Of a DNA stretch of 64,000 nt, positions 9,476-18,814 are shown one piece after another (position 1 is the first letter of the stretch; the number at the start of each line of letters is the position of its first letter). The stretch lies in the IMG/VR virus record IMGVR_UViG_3300027733_000034, positions 1-64,000 of that record. One strand, 5' to 3'. The position numbers and the translations under genes are program-made. Under the pieces are notes generated by a model. That model did not search any database. It worked only from the letters and a program-made list of their open reading frames with translations, and was not told the origin of the DNA. Source of the stretch: a virus.

Positions 9476-10798
9476 ATGGCACTCAAGACCCAAACTTTTA
9501 ATGATTTTTGTGAAAATACTAATCCCCAAACCTGTGATTATTTGATAGGGATTTGTAATGATGGTTCAAATGAATTCAGAGTTCTTATCTCTGATGTAGG
9601 AGCTTACTCTTTAGACAATCAAAATTCTATAGCACCTATATGTGGTAATAATGATATTAACGGATCTAGCTGTTCTGTAATTGGTGGTGGGTGTGGTAAT
9701 ACTATTAATTCTGAAGAAGGTTCTACCATCTCTGGTGGTAGAAACAACACTTTACAATGTGGATGGGCTCCTGTAATTGGTGGTGGTCAGGGCAATTATG
9801 TGTGCGGCGGAAGTTCTACAATTGCCGGAGGAAAGTACAATTGTATAGGCTCTGGAGATTGTACTCATGGGGGTTCTATAGGAGGTGGTTCTTGTAATGA
9901 AATTTATTGCGGAGATGAAGCTACTATAGGTGGTGGACGTAATAATACTATTGATTATGCGGACTGTGCTACTATTGGTGGCGGTTATAGCAATTATATA
10001 GAAGGCGATTCTGGTACAATTTCAGGTGGATATAATAACAGTGTTAGTGGATATGCTTCTACAATTAGCGGCGGATATGATAATTGTTCTTGGAACGGAG
10101 CTTACAACACAGTTAGCGGTGGCTATAGCAATGAAATAACTTGGAACACAGATGGTGGAGTCATTGGTGGGGGGTCCAATAATAGCATTCATGCTTGTGG
10201 AGATTCTGGTACTATTGGTGGTGGTTATAGTAATGATATTTGTCGACATGCCATCGGTTCAACCATAGCCGGTGGATATAACAATGTAATTAATGCTTGT
10301 GCTTGCAATTCTTCCATCGGTGGCGGTTTAAATAATACAGTCGGAGCCAATTCTCACAGTTCTGTAATTGCTGGTGGATGTAGTAACGCTGTCAATGGTA
10401 ACTGTTCTAGTATCTTGGGTGGTGGAGAAAATACTGTAAATGGACACTATAATGTTCATATTATTGGATCTTGTATTACATCATGTAAAAATGATACTAC
10501 ATTTGTTAATAATTTGGTATCTTTCGGGAATGTAATAGCTAGTTCTGGATTTCCAGCCGGTGGACCTGGTAATGTTGGTTATGGATTTGATACTGGAGAT
10601 GGAGATACTGGTTTATTCAGTTTTAATCCAAATCTTTCTGGAAGCAATGATGGATGGGTATCTCTTGTTTCAAATGACCAAGAAGTTCTTCAAGCTGGAA
10701 ATGCTGGTGTGAATTACATTCGTATGAAATCACCAAACGGAACTGCTTATAACATAACTGTTACAAATTCTGGTTCTTTAACAGCCGTTAGAGCCTAA
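9476..10798 (+). CDS. Cys/Gly-rich repeat protein, probable beta-helix/beta-roll fibre or adhesin
   Basis: about 17 repeats of (S/G)TI(G/S/A)GGxxNxI with a period of 15-17 aa; C-terminal SPNGTAYNITVTNSGSL typical of fibre ends. Confidence 0.75.
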   Translation: MALKTQTFNDFCENTNPQTCDYLIGICNDGSNEFRVLISDVGAYSLDNQNSIAPICGNNDINGSSCSVIGGGCGNTINSEEGSTISGGRNNTLQCGWAPVIGGGQGNYVCGGSSTIAGGKYNCIGSGDCTHGGSIGGGSCNEIYCGDEATIGGGRNNTIDYADCATIGGGYSNYIEGDSGTISGGYNNSVSGYASTISGGYDNCSWNGAYNTVSGGYSNEITWNTDGGVIGGGSNNSIHACGDSGTIGGGYSNDICRHAIGSTIAGGYNNVINACACNSSIGGGLNNTVGANSHSSVIAGGCSNAVNGNCSSILGGGENTVNGHYNVHIIGSCITSCKNDTTFVNNLVSFGNVIASSGFPAGGPGNVGYGFDTGDGDTGLFSFNPNLSGSNDGWVSLVSNDQEVLQAGNAGVNYIRMKSPNGTAYNITVTNSGSLTAVRA

Positions 10799-10881
10799 AT
10801 ATCTATAAGGAATCGCCTCTTATGGGTGTAAGAGGATTACAACGAATCCGTAAATCCCCAACAAAATAAAAAAAAATACAT

Positions 10882-11115
10882 ATGGAAATAGTAACTCAAG
10901 TCAAACAAACCGTAACTCTTGATACAATAGAAGTAATTGCAGTAAGAGATCTTTTTGAAGAAAAGACAGTCATTGCTCGTATCAAAGGTCTTCCTCGTCC
11001 AGTAGTTCTCTGGAAGGGTGATGCTGAATATACAGCAGCTGGTGTTTGGACTAATGAAACAGTTGTTGCCCGTGCGACAACAGTTCTTAGTGCATCTGCT
11101 ATTAACTGGGCTTAA
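10882..11115 (+). CDS. small hypothetical protein
   Basis: 77-aa ORF followed by a terminator. Confidence 0.7.
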   Translation: MEIVTQVKQTVTLDTIEVIAVRDLFEEKTVIARIKGLPRPVVLWKGDAEYTAAGVWTNETVVARATTVLSASAINWA

Positions 11116-11135
11116 GCGTAGTTAATTAAAAATTT

Positions 11136-11170
11136 AATGGGATAGGGTTTAATTCCCTATCCCATTTTTT
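11136..11170. terminator. intrinsic terminator between convergent genes
   Basis: 12-bp stem AATGGGATAGGG/CCCTATCCCATT followed by a T-run. Confidence 0.8.
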
Positions 11171-11192
11171 ATGCTTTGATGTAATTTGTTAA

Positions 11193-14156
11193 TTAATTTA
11201 CGTAAGCAGCTTCATTTGAGAATATCAAAGCTTGAATCAGTGTTTCCCAAGGAGAGAATGCTACGCGTTCTACCAATTCTCCTTGGTTAACAATAGCTCT
11301 TTTAGGATCTTTGTTATTCATTTGTTGCTTAAATTTAGCTTCTGCTAATTTTTTACCTTGAGCTGTAATAGTTTCAGCTCCGGTTTTAACACTAGCTTGT
11401 TCTTTATTTTCTTTGATTAAGAAATCCAAAGCCATCTTTCTTTCTTTAGGAGTTGGATAACGCTGTAAAACAATTTTGAACACTGCTGTAATACCTTTAT
11501 CTGTATTTTTTTCTTTGACCACAGCGTCTACTAATTCCGGGCGTTGAGATATCTTTTGAACTACTTCTGCTACTAACGGACTATTCATTAGGAATAGAGC
11601 TTGTTGAGGCACTACTGTAGAGGCTCTGCGGGTATTGGGTTGATCTGGATTAGACATATCAAACTGCATCAATACATCTGGCATATCTAACCTGTCTATG
11701 TAAGCATAAGCAGTTCTTCTAAAAATGATTGGCTCTTCTGAAACATTGAAAGAAGGTCCCCCATACGGCTCTCTTTGCAATACTCTGCCCATGCTCAATA
11801 AAGAATCTCTATAAGCTTCAAAATCCAATCTTCTTACATTAGCTCTCCACAAAAGATTGTTGCCTGGATCTATTTTGCTATATTCTTTTAATGTATCTAC
11901 ACTAAAGGTATTGCTAGATTGTTGATATACTTTGGAAAGCATGATTGCTTTGTGCAAAGCCTTGACACTCCATGCTGGTTTCTGTGGACCGTAGTCTGTC
12001 ATAAACCAAGTTGCTAAGAAATCTAATAATTCTGGATGGGTTGGATTGCCAGCCGAATTACCTAAATCATCCGGTGTTTTAACCAAACCTTCACCAAAAT
12101 GATACATCCAAACCCTATTAACCAAAACTCGAGCTGTCAAAGGATTATCTTTGTTTGCAATGGCTTCTGCTAATTCTAGTCGACCACTTTCTTTTGAACT
12201 AAAAGGAGTTTTTTCTGGATTCAATATTTCTAAAAATCTTCTAGGTACCACAGTGACTTGTCCAGGTATAGGTGGATTGCCTCTTGGAAACAAAGGAGAG
12301 TCTGTGGGTTTGGCTGCATCTTCAACAGCCATGGCTCTAACTAGACCATTATTGGAGGTGAGTTTAAATTCATTAATTTGTTGAATAAAATTGGAAGCTC
12401 TTAATTTGTCTTGCATTTCAATAGACCATTTCTTGGCTTCTACTCTCATAGTTTCAAAATTAATGTTCTTAGCCAAATTCAAAGATGTTGGAAAAACAGC
12501 CATGTTGTAAGGATCCTTATCATCCGGATCAAAAGCGTTGTTGGTTATTTGAACAAACAAATTTGCTCGTTGAGATTCAAATTCTTGGAACAACTTGCCC
12601 ACTAATTCTGCGACAGCATGTATATCATCTGGCAAAGGTTGTGGTTGTTGTTTAAGAAAATTGATTACGATTGGGGAATATGTTTTTGTGTCTTGCAACA
12701 TCTTAGACAAGACGTCTTCTCTATTTTCTTTGGTGTGAACTAATTTGAAGAACGGTCCTAGAATTTTGCCGTTGGGATTAAATTGACGACCCACTGCACT
12801 CTCAATGTGCCTTGCTATTCTAGCATCCCATTTATTTTTAGTTTGAATCTCTGCAGCTAGCTTTTTACGATCTGCATTTGAATCTTTGCCCATTAAAATA
12901 ATATACTCAGCTATAGAAGAAGCGTTTTTGCCAAAGAAGTCTGCTTCTTCTCTTTGAATCTTGTAAAATGCTTCAACTGCTTTTTGTTCTAGTTCATTTA
13001 GTTTGGTTTGAAATTCTTGGAAACCTTCTTTTTTGCTAATTATTGGTCCTTCGGTTGGTTCTGTACAGCTAAGAAATACTCCCTTCAAAGCATAGTAGTC
13101 TGTAATGGTCAACGGATCAAATTTGTGATCATGGCAACGAATACAGGCTAGAGTCAAACCCAACATGCCTCTGCCTACAGCATCAATACGATCGTTTATT
13201 GTATCACTGACATTGTTGAATCGTTGACCAATGGTCATGAATCCCAGAGCTGCTAAATTAGAAACGTTGTTATCTGGAATTCTATCTGCAGCCAATTGAT
13301 TTTTTAAAAATGTATCATAAGGCATGTCTGTGTTGATAGCATCAAAAACCCAATTTCTATAGGTCCAAGCATATGGCAAACGGTAATCATCTAACCTTTG
13401 AAAAGTTGTGATGCCAGTGGTATCTGAATATCTTGCAGTATCCAACCAATGTCTTCCCCATCTTTCTCCATATCCTTTGTCTGCTAAAAGTCTATCAATT
13501 ACTTTTTCATAAGCTTTTGGAGATTCATCTTGAATAAATTGTTCAATTTCCTTTGGAGTCGGAGGCAAACCAATAAGATCAAAATAAGCTCTTCTTAGTA
13601 AAATTTCTTTACTTGCAAGAGGAGCAGGTATGATGCCTTTTTCTTCTAATTTAGAAAGAATAAAATAATCAAGCTTATTATAGCACCAAGATTCATTTTT
13701 AACTGTTGGCACCTTGGGAACCTGAGGTACTTTGAATGCCCAATGATCTCTTTTGTCTTTGAGTTCTCCAGAAGCTCTCGTATCATAAGCTCCTTGTTCA
13801 ATCCATTTAGTCAGCAAAGCTATTTGTTCATCAGAAAGCTTTTTCTTTTCAGGCATCCTAAGATCTCCATCCCAGTTGATAGCTTTGATAAATGTGCTTT
13901 CTTTAATATTATGAAAGTCGATTACCTTGCCATTTTCTCCTCCTTTGAGGAGGCTTTCATGAGAATCTAAGCTAAGGCCTGCTTTAGTTTTGCCTTTGGT
14001 AACAGAATGACAATCCATACATTGCTCTGTAAGCAGAGGCAATATCTCTTTGTCAAAAGTCTGTTGCTGTTCAGGAGTAGGATCTACTCTTCCAAAACTA
14101 GTTACGATGAGCAGTGAGCTCATCACCACACTCAACCCAACGTATGTTTTTCTCAT
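11193..14156 (-). CDS. PSD1 and planctomycete cytochrome c domain protein (PSCyt1 + DUF1549/PSCyt2 + DUF1553/PSD1)
   Basis: signal peptide; CMDCH heme motif; HWAF, LLRRAYFDLIGLPPT, GERWGRHWLDTARYSDT, CIRCHDHKFDP, SGRLELAEAI..NPLTARVLVNRVW..HFG, PTHPELLDFLA, PQQALFLMNS; ATG 14156 lies 1 nt after the DUF1501 stop. Confidence 0.93.
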   Translation of the reverse strand: MRKTYVGLSVVMSSLLIVTSFGRVDPTPEQQQTFDKEILPLLTEQCMDCHSVTKGKTKAGLSLDSHESLLKGGENGKVIDFHNIKESTFIKAINWDGDLRMPEKKKLSDEQIALLTKWIEQGAYDTRASGELKDKRDHWAFKVPQVPKVPTVKNESWCYNKLDYFILSKLEEKGIIPAPLASKEILLRRAYFDLIGLPPTPKEIEQFIQDESPKAYEKVIDRLLADKGYGERWGRHWLDTARYSDTTGITTFQRLDDYRLPYAWTYRNWVFDAINTDMPYDTFLKNQLAADRIPDNNVSNLAALGFMTIGQRFNNVSDTINDRIDAVGRGMLGLTLACIRCHDHKFDPLTITDYYALKGVFLSCTEPTEGPIISKKEGFQEFQTKLNELEQKAVEAFYKIQREEADFFGKNASSIAEYIILMGKDSNADRKKLAAEIQTKNKWDARIARHIESAVGRQFNPNGKILGPFFKLVHTKENREDVLSKMLQDTKTYSPIVINFLKQQPQPLPDDIHAVAELVGKLFQEFESQRANLFVQITNNAFDPDDKDPYNMAVFPTSLNLAKNINFETMRVEAKKWSIEMQDKLRASNFIQQINEFKLTSNNGLVRAMAVEDAAKPTDSPLFPRGNPPIPGQVTVVPRRFLEILNPEKTPFSSKESGRLELAEAIANKDNPLTARVLVNRVWMYHFGEGLVKTPDDLGNSAGNPTHPELLDFLATWFMTDYGPQKPAWSVKALHKAIMLSKVYQQSSNTFSVDTLKEYSKIDPGNNLLWRANVRRLDFEAYRDSLLSMGRVLQREPYGGPSFNVSEEPIIFRRTAYAYIDRLDMPDVLMQFDMSNPDQPNTRRASTVVPQQALFLMNSPLVAEVVQKISQRPELVDAVVKEKNTDKGITAVFKIVLQRYPTPKERKMALDFLIKENKEQASVKTGAETITAQGKKLAEAKFKQQMNNKDPKRAIVNQGELVERVAFSPWETLIQALIFSNEAAYVN

Positions 14157-14157
14157 A

Positions 14158-15525
14158 TTAAACAATTATATCTTTAATTACTTCACCAAAATTATCTGTC
14201 AATCTAAAATTACGACCATTGTAATTGTATGTCAATTTCTTATGATCAAATCCCATCAAGTGCAAAATAGTTGCATGCAAATCATGAATGGTAACAATAT
14301 CTTCAACTGCTTTAGCCCCTGTCTCATCTGTCTTACCGTATCTCATTCCACCTTTGACATTCCCTCCAGCCATCCAGATTGAGAATGCTTTGCCATTGTG
14401 ATCTCTACCAGGAGTACCTGCTCCGCCGCCAGCAGTTGCTGTGCGACCAAATTCTCCGCCCCATATTACCAAAGTAGAATCAAGTAGTCCGCGTTGTTTT
14501 AAGTCTGTAAGCAATCCAGCAATAGCTGTATCGTATTTTGCCGCGGTATTAGTCATATTGAGCTTAATGTTTTCATGATGGTCAAACCCTCCAACATTGA
14601 CCTGAACAAACCGCACTCCTCTTTCTACTAATCTACGAGCCACCATTAACTTGGCTCCGTCTTCTGTACGTCCATAAAGGTCTTTAATATTTTCTGGTTC
14701 TTTAGATACATCAAAAGCATCCGTAGCTTCTGTTTGCATTTTGAATGCAGTTTCAAATGCTTCAATACGAGATTCTAGTTGAATGTCTTTTTGAAGCTTT
14801 TCCATGTGCATGAAATTCATGCTACGAGAAAATTCAATTTGTCTGCGCTGTCTTTCTTGTGTAGAGAATTGACTGGTAAGGTTTGCTAATATCTCATCTG
14901 AACGCATTCCTTGACGATATTGAACATTGCAGCCTTGGAACATTCCGGGTAAGAAAGCACATTGTCTCCAATTTGGATTGCCATTCAAAGAAATGAATCC
15001 GGGCATGTTTTGATTTGCTGTACCAAGACCATATACCATCCAGCTACCAACACTAGGCTTGGGTAATTGAGAATCTCCGGTGTTCATCATCTTAGCAGCG
15101 AGATCGTGATCTGGAATAGGGGTTTGCATAGAGTTAATAATAGCTAACTCATCTGCATGGGATCCTACTTTACTCCATACTTCTGAAATGTTCAATCCAG
15201 ATTTGCCAAACTGAGGGAATTCAAACGGAGAAGCAAATAAGAATCCGCCGCTCTCGGCTTTCATTCCATCTTTGGCTTTTAATTCTGGTTTATAGTCAAA
15301 AGTATCAATATGGGAAGGTGCTCCACTAGCAAACAATTGAATGATTGCCTTAGCTTTTACAGGGAAGTGAGGATTCCTAGCAGCCAGAGGGGATGCAGCT
15401 TCTGCTGTATTTGCATTAATACCATAAAGAGCAGCTAGTGATAGACCACCCAGACCTGCTCCAAAGTCTGTGAGGAATTCTCTACGGTTGAGAGAGGAAT
15501 TGGGATGATTGCCGCAGTCGCTCAT
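14158..15525 (-). CDS. DUF1501 family protein (Tat-exported, sulfatase/alkaline-phosphatase-like)
   Basis: twin-Arg LNRREFL signal; GAPSHIDTFDYKP, ARRLVERGVRFVQV, DHH, GEFGRT, GRDH, HDLHATILHLMG, RLTD; start moved to ATG 15525. Confidence 0.93.
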   Translation of the reverse strand: MSDCGNHPNSSLNRREFLTDFGAGLGGLSLAALYGINANTAEAASPLAARNPHFPVKAKAIIQLFASGAPSHIDTFDYKPELKAKDGMKAESGGFLFASPFEFPQFGKSGLNISEVWSKVGSHADELAIINSMQTPIPDHDLAAKMMNTGDSQLPKPSVGSWMVYGLGTANQNMPGFISLNGNPNWRQCAFLPGMFQGCNVQYRQGMRSDEILANLTSQFSTQERQRRQIEFSRSMNFMHMEKLQKDIQLESRIEAFETAFKMQTEATDAFDVSKEPENIKDLYGRTEDGAKLMVARRLVERGVRFVQVNVGGFDHHENIKLNMTNTAAKYDTAIAGLLTDLKQRGLLDSTLVIWGGEFGRTATAGGGAGTPGRDHNGKAFSIWMAGGNVKGGMRYGKTDETGAKAVEDIVTIHDLHATILHLMGFDHKKLTYNYNGRNFRLTDNFGEVIKDIIV

Positions 15526-15530
15526 ATAAC

Positions 15531-15538
15531 TATTTATA
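15531..15538 (-). promoter_or_regulatory. T4-type late promoter TATAAATA for the DUF1501 operon
   Basis: TATAAATA-GTTAT-ATG. Confidence 0.65.
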
Positions 15539-15548
15539 CCTTTATAGT

Positions 15549-15584
15549 TCAAACGCCTTCAGAACCGAATCTGAAGGCGTTTGA
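15549..15584. terminator. perfect 15-bp inverted repeat (terminator/insulator hairpin)
   Basis: TCAAACGCCTTCAGA-accgaa-TCTGAAGGCGTTTGA. Confidence 0.7.
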
Positions 15585-15604
15585 GATTTGTTTTTATCTA
15601 ACTT

Positions 15605-15835
15605 TTAATACGAGGCTGTACAAGTAACCTTCAATAGATTACGATTACAAACCTTTGTAGAGAAAGACTTGGTCATAGATCGCTTGAAGCTATGTACGTC
15701 TCGTTGCTCTGAAGGACTGACATACATAAATTCTCCTGGCTGTAGAGCTCGCATAAGGAAAGCTACGGTGGGGTTAGAATTAGGACGTCCTGCTTTGTTG
15801 GAGTAGATGGCGTATTTTACGTTTTTGATGTTCAT
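15605..15835 (-). CDS. small basic protein, possibly DNA-binding
   Basis: 76 aa; TTGAAT-N17-TATATT promoter at 15866-15894. Confidence 0.65.
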   Translation of the reverse strand: MNIKNVKYAIYSNKAGRPNSNPTVAFLMRALQPGEFMYVSPSEQRDVHSFKRSMTKSFSTKVCNRNLLKVTCTASY

Positions 15836-15900
15836 ATATTGTTTGTTGTTTTACTGAATGATTTAAATATATTAGAAAATTGCTGGGAATTCAAGATTTT

Positions 15901-16701
15901 TTACAAAGATTCTTTTAAGGCTTGGACCAAAGAAAACATTTTTAGTTTAAATTGTCTCCAGCACCGATCGATGGTTTGATTGGCTTTAAGCTTGTCGGAC
16001 ATACTTGTAGGAGGTTTGCTAATACTTTTTAAGAAAAAAGTATTGTTTTTAAAAATATCATAAGCATAACGGGGTTGAGACATATCATGAACCCAGTTTA
16101 TGTCTACAAATTTTTCCCTAGGCATCGTTAATACTTCATCTAACAAATTAAGAATTTCTTGTTTGTCTCTTTTCTTTTTAAAATAAGAAACTATATTATG
16201 CCCCAATTCTCCTAATTGAGCTTCTAATTCTTTGGGTTCTGTATAATAATAAAACCAATCTTCTTCAGTTTCTCCAGATAATTTAGAGGCAGCTTCATCA
16301 TATTCCGGAGATTGTTTTTTATATTCTTGATTAGCATGTAAAATTTCATGTACCAAAGAAGATAATGCTAAATCTGGATTATCTATTATAAGATTTAAAC
16401 CAATTATAATGTAGGAAGATCTCTTATACATTTGATGCCAGGAAGCTCTGTCTGGAATGTCTTGAATCCAAACATCAATTCTTTTGCGTCCTAAATAAAA
16501 TTGTCCTAAAAGAAATTTCTTTTCTTTGTGTAGTCGGTCTTTAAGATCTTTTAAAGCCTCAGCTCGAGTAGCATTGGTCAATCTACCTCTTCCTTGAAGG
16601 TTTTGATCTCGAAAAGAAGTAATCCACTGTTTAATTTGTTTAGTAAACTTCTGTTTCGTAATATCATCTTCTACAGTAGAAAATTTAGACTCTGTAAGCA
16701 T
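15901..16701 (-). CDS. zincin-like (HExxH) metalloprotease-domain protein
   Basis: LVHEILHANQ followed by YY..PKELEA. Confidence 0.65.
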   Translation of the reverse strand: MLTESKFSTVEDDITKQKFTKQIKQWITSFRDQNLQGRGRLTNATRAEALKDLKDRLHKEKKFLLGQFYLGRKRIDVWIQDIPDRASWHQMYKRSSYIIIGLNLIIDNPDLALSSLVHEILHANQEYKKQSPEYDEAASKLSGETEEDWFYYYTEPKELEAQLGELGHNIVSYFKKKRDKQEILNLLDEVLTMPREKFVDINWVHDMSQPRYAYDIFKNNTFFLKSISKPPTSMSDKLKANQTIDRCWRQFKLKMFSLVQALKESL

Positions 16702-16712
16702 AAGAAATATAC

Positions 16713-17069
16713 TTAGGTCTTGTAAGGAAATTGAACTGGTGTCACTGTTACTTTAACTAAACCCCGATCCACAAACCCTAATTGTTTAGCTGCGAATTTA
16801 TTGACATCTATAATTCGCTTTTTAATATAAGGTCCTCGATCTTCTATAACCGCCACAATAGACTTATTGGTGTCTTTGACTGTAATTATTACTTTGGTTC
16901 CAATGGGTAAAGTTCGATGAGCAGCTGCTGGAATTTTACGGTTTAATCTTTTGCCGGTAGAAGAAATTTTATTTTCAAATCCGTACCAAGAGGCTAAACC
17001 AGTTTGAGAGTTGGCCTGGGCTGATTGTAATGAGAAAAGAGATACTAAGAATGTTAGAAAAATTTTCAT
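16713..17069 (-). CDS. rlpA: RlpA-like double-psi beta-barrel lytic transglycosylase
   Basis: signal peptide; GLASWYG, AAHRTLPIGT, DRGPY, RIIDV..AA..LG. Confidence 0.88.
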   Translation of the reverse strand: MKIFLTFLVSLFSLQSAQANSQTGLASWYGFENKISSTGKRLNRKIPAAAHRTLPIGTKVIITVKDTNKSIVAVIEDRGPYIKKRIIDVNKFAAKQLGFVDRGLVKVTVTPVQFPYKT

Positions 17070-17075
17070 TTTAGG

Positions 17076-17420
17076 TTATTTAGGAGGAAATCTGAGAGGT
17101 AGTTTGCCGTCATACATAAGAGGAGACAAGCAACCAGATGGTGTGTCAAATCTTTTAGGGTCCGATTGTAGATATTGTACATCTTCATTATAGCTAGAAT
17201 TATATTGAGTCCAAGCTGGTGGAGCAGGAGGAGGTGGTTGAGGAGATGTATTTTTAACTGAATTGGTATTGTTATTTACATTGTGAATATTAATTGGAGG
17301 CAGAGAGGTTATACCTTCTCGGTTTAATACGGAGATCTTTCCAGATCCAATAATACAACCTCCATTTAGGAAAGATCCGAGAAGGAGTAAAGAGACTGCT
17401 AGGTTTTTATTAATTTTCAT
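17076..17420 (-). CDS. putative lipoprotein, Pro-rich
   Basis: hydrophobic N-terminus ending NGGC; PQPPPPAPP tract. Confidence 0.6.
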   Translation of the reverse strand: MKINKNLAVSLLLLGSFLNGGCIIGSGKISVLNREGITSLPPINIHNVNNNTNSVKNTSPQPPPPAPPAWTQYNSSYNEDVQYLQSDPKRFDTPSGCLSPLMYDGKLPLRFPPK

Positions 17421-17462
17421 TATGAATAATGTTAGAGTGGATTGTAGGGAATTACAACTTTA

Positions 17463-17576
17463 TTAACTTCCTTGCGGAGAACTTAGATTCCATTCTTCGC
17501 TAGACATGAAAGCTTCGCGAGCTAGGAACTCTTCTTCTTCGGCGAGGACATCATCAAACGTTACAGGTTGCTTCAT
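17463..17576 (-). CDS. 37-aa acidic peptide (not in the ORF track)
   Basis: MKQPVTFDDVLAEEEEFLAREAF...; TATTCT -10 box 6 nt upstream of ATG. Confidence 0.5.
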   Translation of the reverse strand: MKQPVTFDDVLAEEEEFLAREAFMSSEEWNLSSPQGS

Positions 17577-17622
17577 GTTTAAAGAATAACAGTTTGATAA
17601 GAGGAACACACGACTTTAAGGC

Positions 17623-17656
17623 AAAAAAAGACCCAGACGTTAATCTGGGTCTTTTT
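17623..17656. terminator. bidirectional intrinsic terminator
   Basis: A7-GACCCAGA-cgttaa-TCTGGGTC-T5. Confidence 0.8.
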
Positions 17657-17692
17657 AAGATTCTGGGAAGAAATTATTAGTCTAATTTGGTG

Positions 17693-18097
17693 CTAATGCA
17701 TATCATCCTCTGTAGGACCATCCAGAAGAGGACCTACTAGTGATTCATCATAAAGATTGTTAATCATCTCTGTGGCTTCTTCGTATGAAATTTCTTGATG
17801 CCAAACTTTTTTAAGAATATCTGATACTTTTCGCTTTATAGGATCTCGTTCTTCTTGTTCTCCGAACTCTTCCTTCATCATCTTTTTGTTCTTGTGTTTG
17901 CATTTACAACCAGCTTTGGGTTTATCTGGATTGCATCCACATTTCGGACATTTAGTGTTTCCGTTACCTTTTTTACCTTTTTTACCTTCAGCTTTTAATT
18001 GAGCTGCAAGGAGCCAATCTGGCTTATGACCTTTAGAGGTCTCATTGACTACTAAAGTATAGGCTTCTTCTAATAAAATAGTGTCTTTAGTTCTCAT
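17693..18097 (-). CDS. hypothetical protein with KDxxLLEEAY N-terminal motif and Cys/Lys-rich segment
   Basis: start moved to MRTKDTILLEEAY; CPKCGC...CKC. Confidence 0.7.
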   Translation of the reverse strand: MRTKDTILLEEAYTLVVNETSKGHKPDWLLAAQLKAEGKKGKKGNGNTKCPKCGCNPDKPKAGCKCKHKNKKMMKEEFGEQEERDPIKRKVSDILKKVWHQEISYEEATEMINNLYDESLVGPLLDGPTEDDMH

Positions 18098-18101
18098 AAA
18101 A

Positions 18102-18281
18102 TTACATTTGTTCTCTGCGCCACCATTTTTGGAACTCTTCTCTAGCAATTCGTTGTTCTTCTGTTTCTGAAGGAGCAACTGGAGCTGGTTCTGGTGTTTT
18201 GATTAGAGTTTCTGCTTTAGTTACTTTTACAGGAACTTCAACTGGAACTTCAACTGGTGTGGAATCAATTTCTTCCGGCAT
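18102..18281 (-). CDS. 59-aa Pro/Glu-rich protein (not in the ORF track)
   Basis: MPEEIDSTPVEVPVEVPV...KWWRREQM*; GATAAATA box upstream. Confidence 0.6.
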   Translation of the reverse strand: MPEEIDSTPVEVPVEVPVKVTKAETLIKTPEPAPVAPSETEEQRIAREEFQKWWRREQM

Positions 18282-18310
18282 ATGATATATTTATCCAGAA
18301 AAGGTATATT

Positions 18311-18547
18311 TTATGTTTTTTCTAAAACCTCTTCTATAATATCTTCTTCTCCAAAGAAACCTTCTGCAGTGAATCCAAATGCGGTTTCCAATCCGGTGAA
18401 TCTATATATGATGCCCTTTGTTAAATCTGGTTCATCACTGTCTTCTTCTATATAACCAGTAAAACGACCCACTCCTTTATAGTCTGCTTCTCTGCAGGTT
18501 GGATCTGTGTAGTTAATTTTATACAATTTATCTTTAATTGGAATCAT
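18311..18547 (-). CDS. hypothetical protein
   Basis: 78-aa ORF. Confidence 0.6.
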   Translation of the reverse strand: MIPIKDKLYKINYTDPTCREADYKGVGRFTGYIEEDSDEPDLTKGIIYRFTGLETAFGFTAEGFFGEEDIIEEVLEKT

Positions 18548-18785
18548 AGTTTTGTAATTTTGTAGATTTTGATATGGTTTCTAAAAAACTAGAGACAGCT
18601 TTGTTTGCTGCCTTGTATTCATTTGAGTGGGGATTGACTAATACGGTGCCGTGGAGCCAATATATTTCGGTATCTTTGTTGTTATAATTTAACACGGTAA
18701 AAATGCCTTCTTTAATTTTAACTTTGAAGACTGTGGTACCTAATTTGGAATTGTCATAAAGACATTCAGTATAATATAAGCTCAT
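18534..18785 (-). CDS. hypothetical protein
   Basis: 83-aa ORF. Confidence 0.6.
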   Translation of the reverse strand: MSLYYTECLYDNSKLGTTVFKVKIKEGIFTVLNYNNKDTEIYWLHGTVLVNPHSNEYKAANKAVSSFLETISKSTKLQNYDSN

Positions 18786-18814
18786 AAAAAATGGTATTGT
18801 GGATTAGAAATTTT

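Noticed and set aside
11193-15525. Host chromosomal contamination explaining the DUF1501/DUF1553 genes
   Set aside because: Base composition looks like the flanking phage genes and a phage-type late promoter box precedes the operon; read-level confirmation is still needed.
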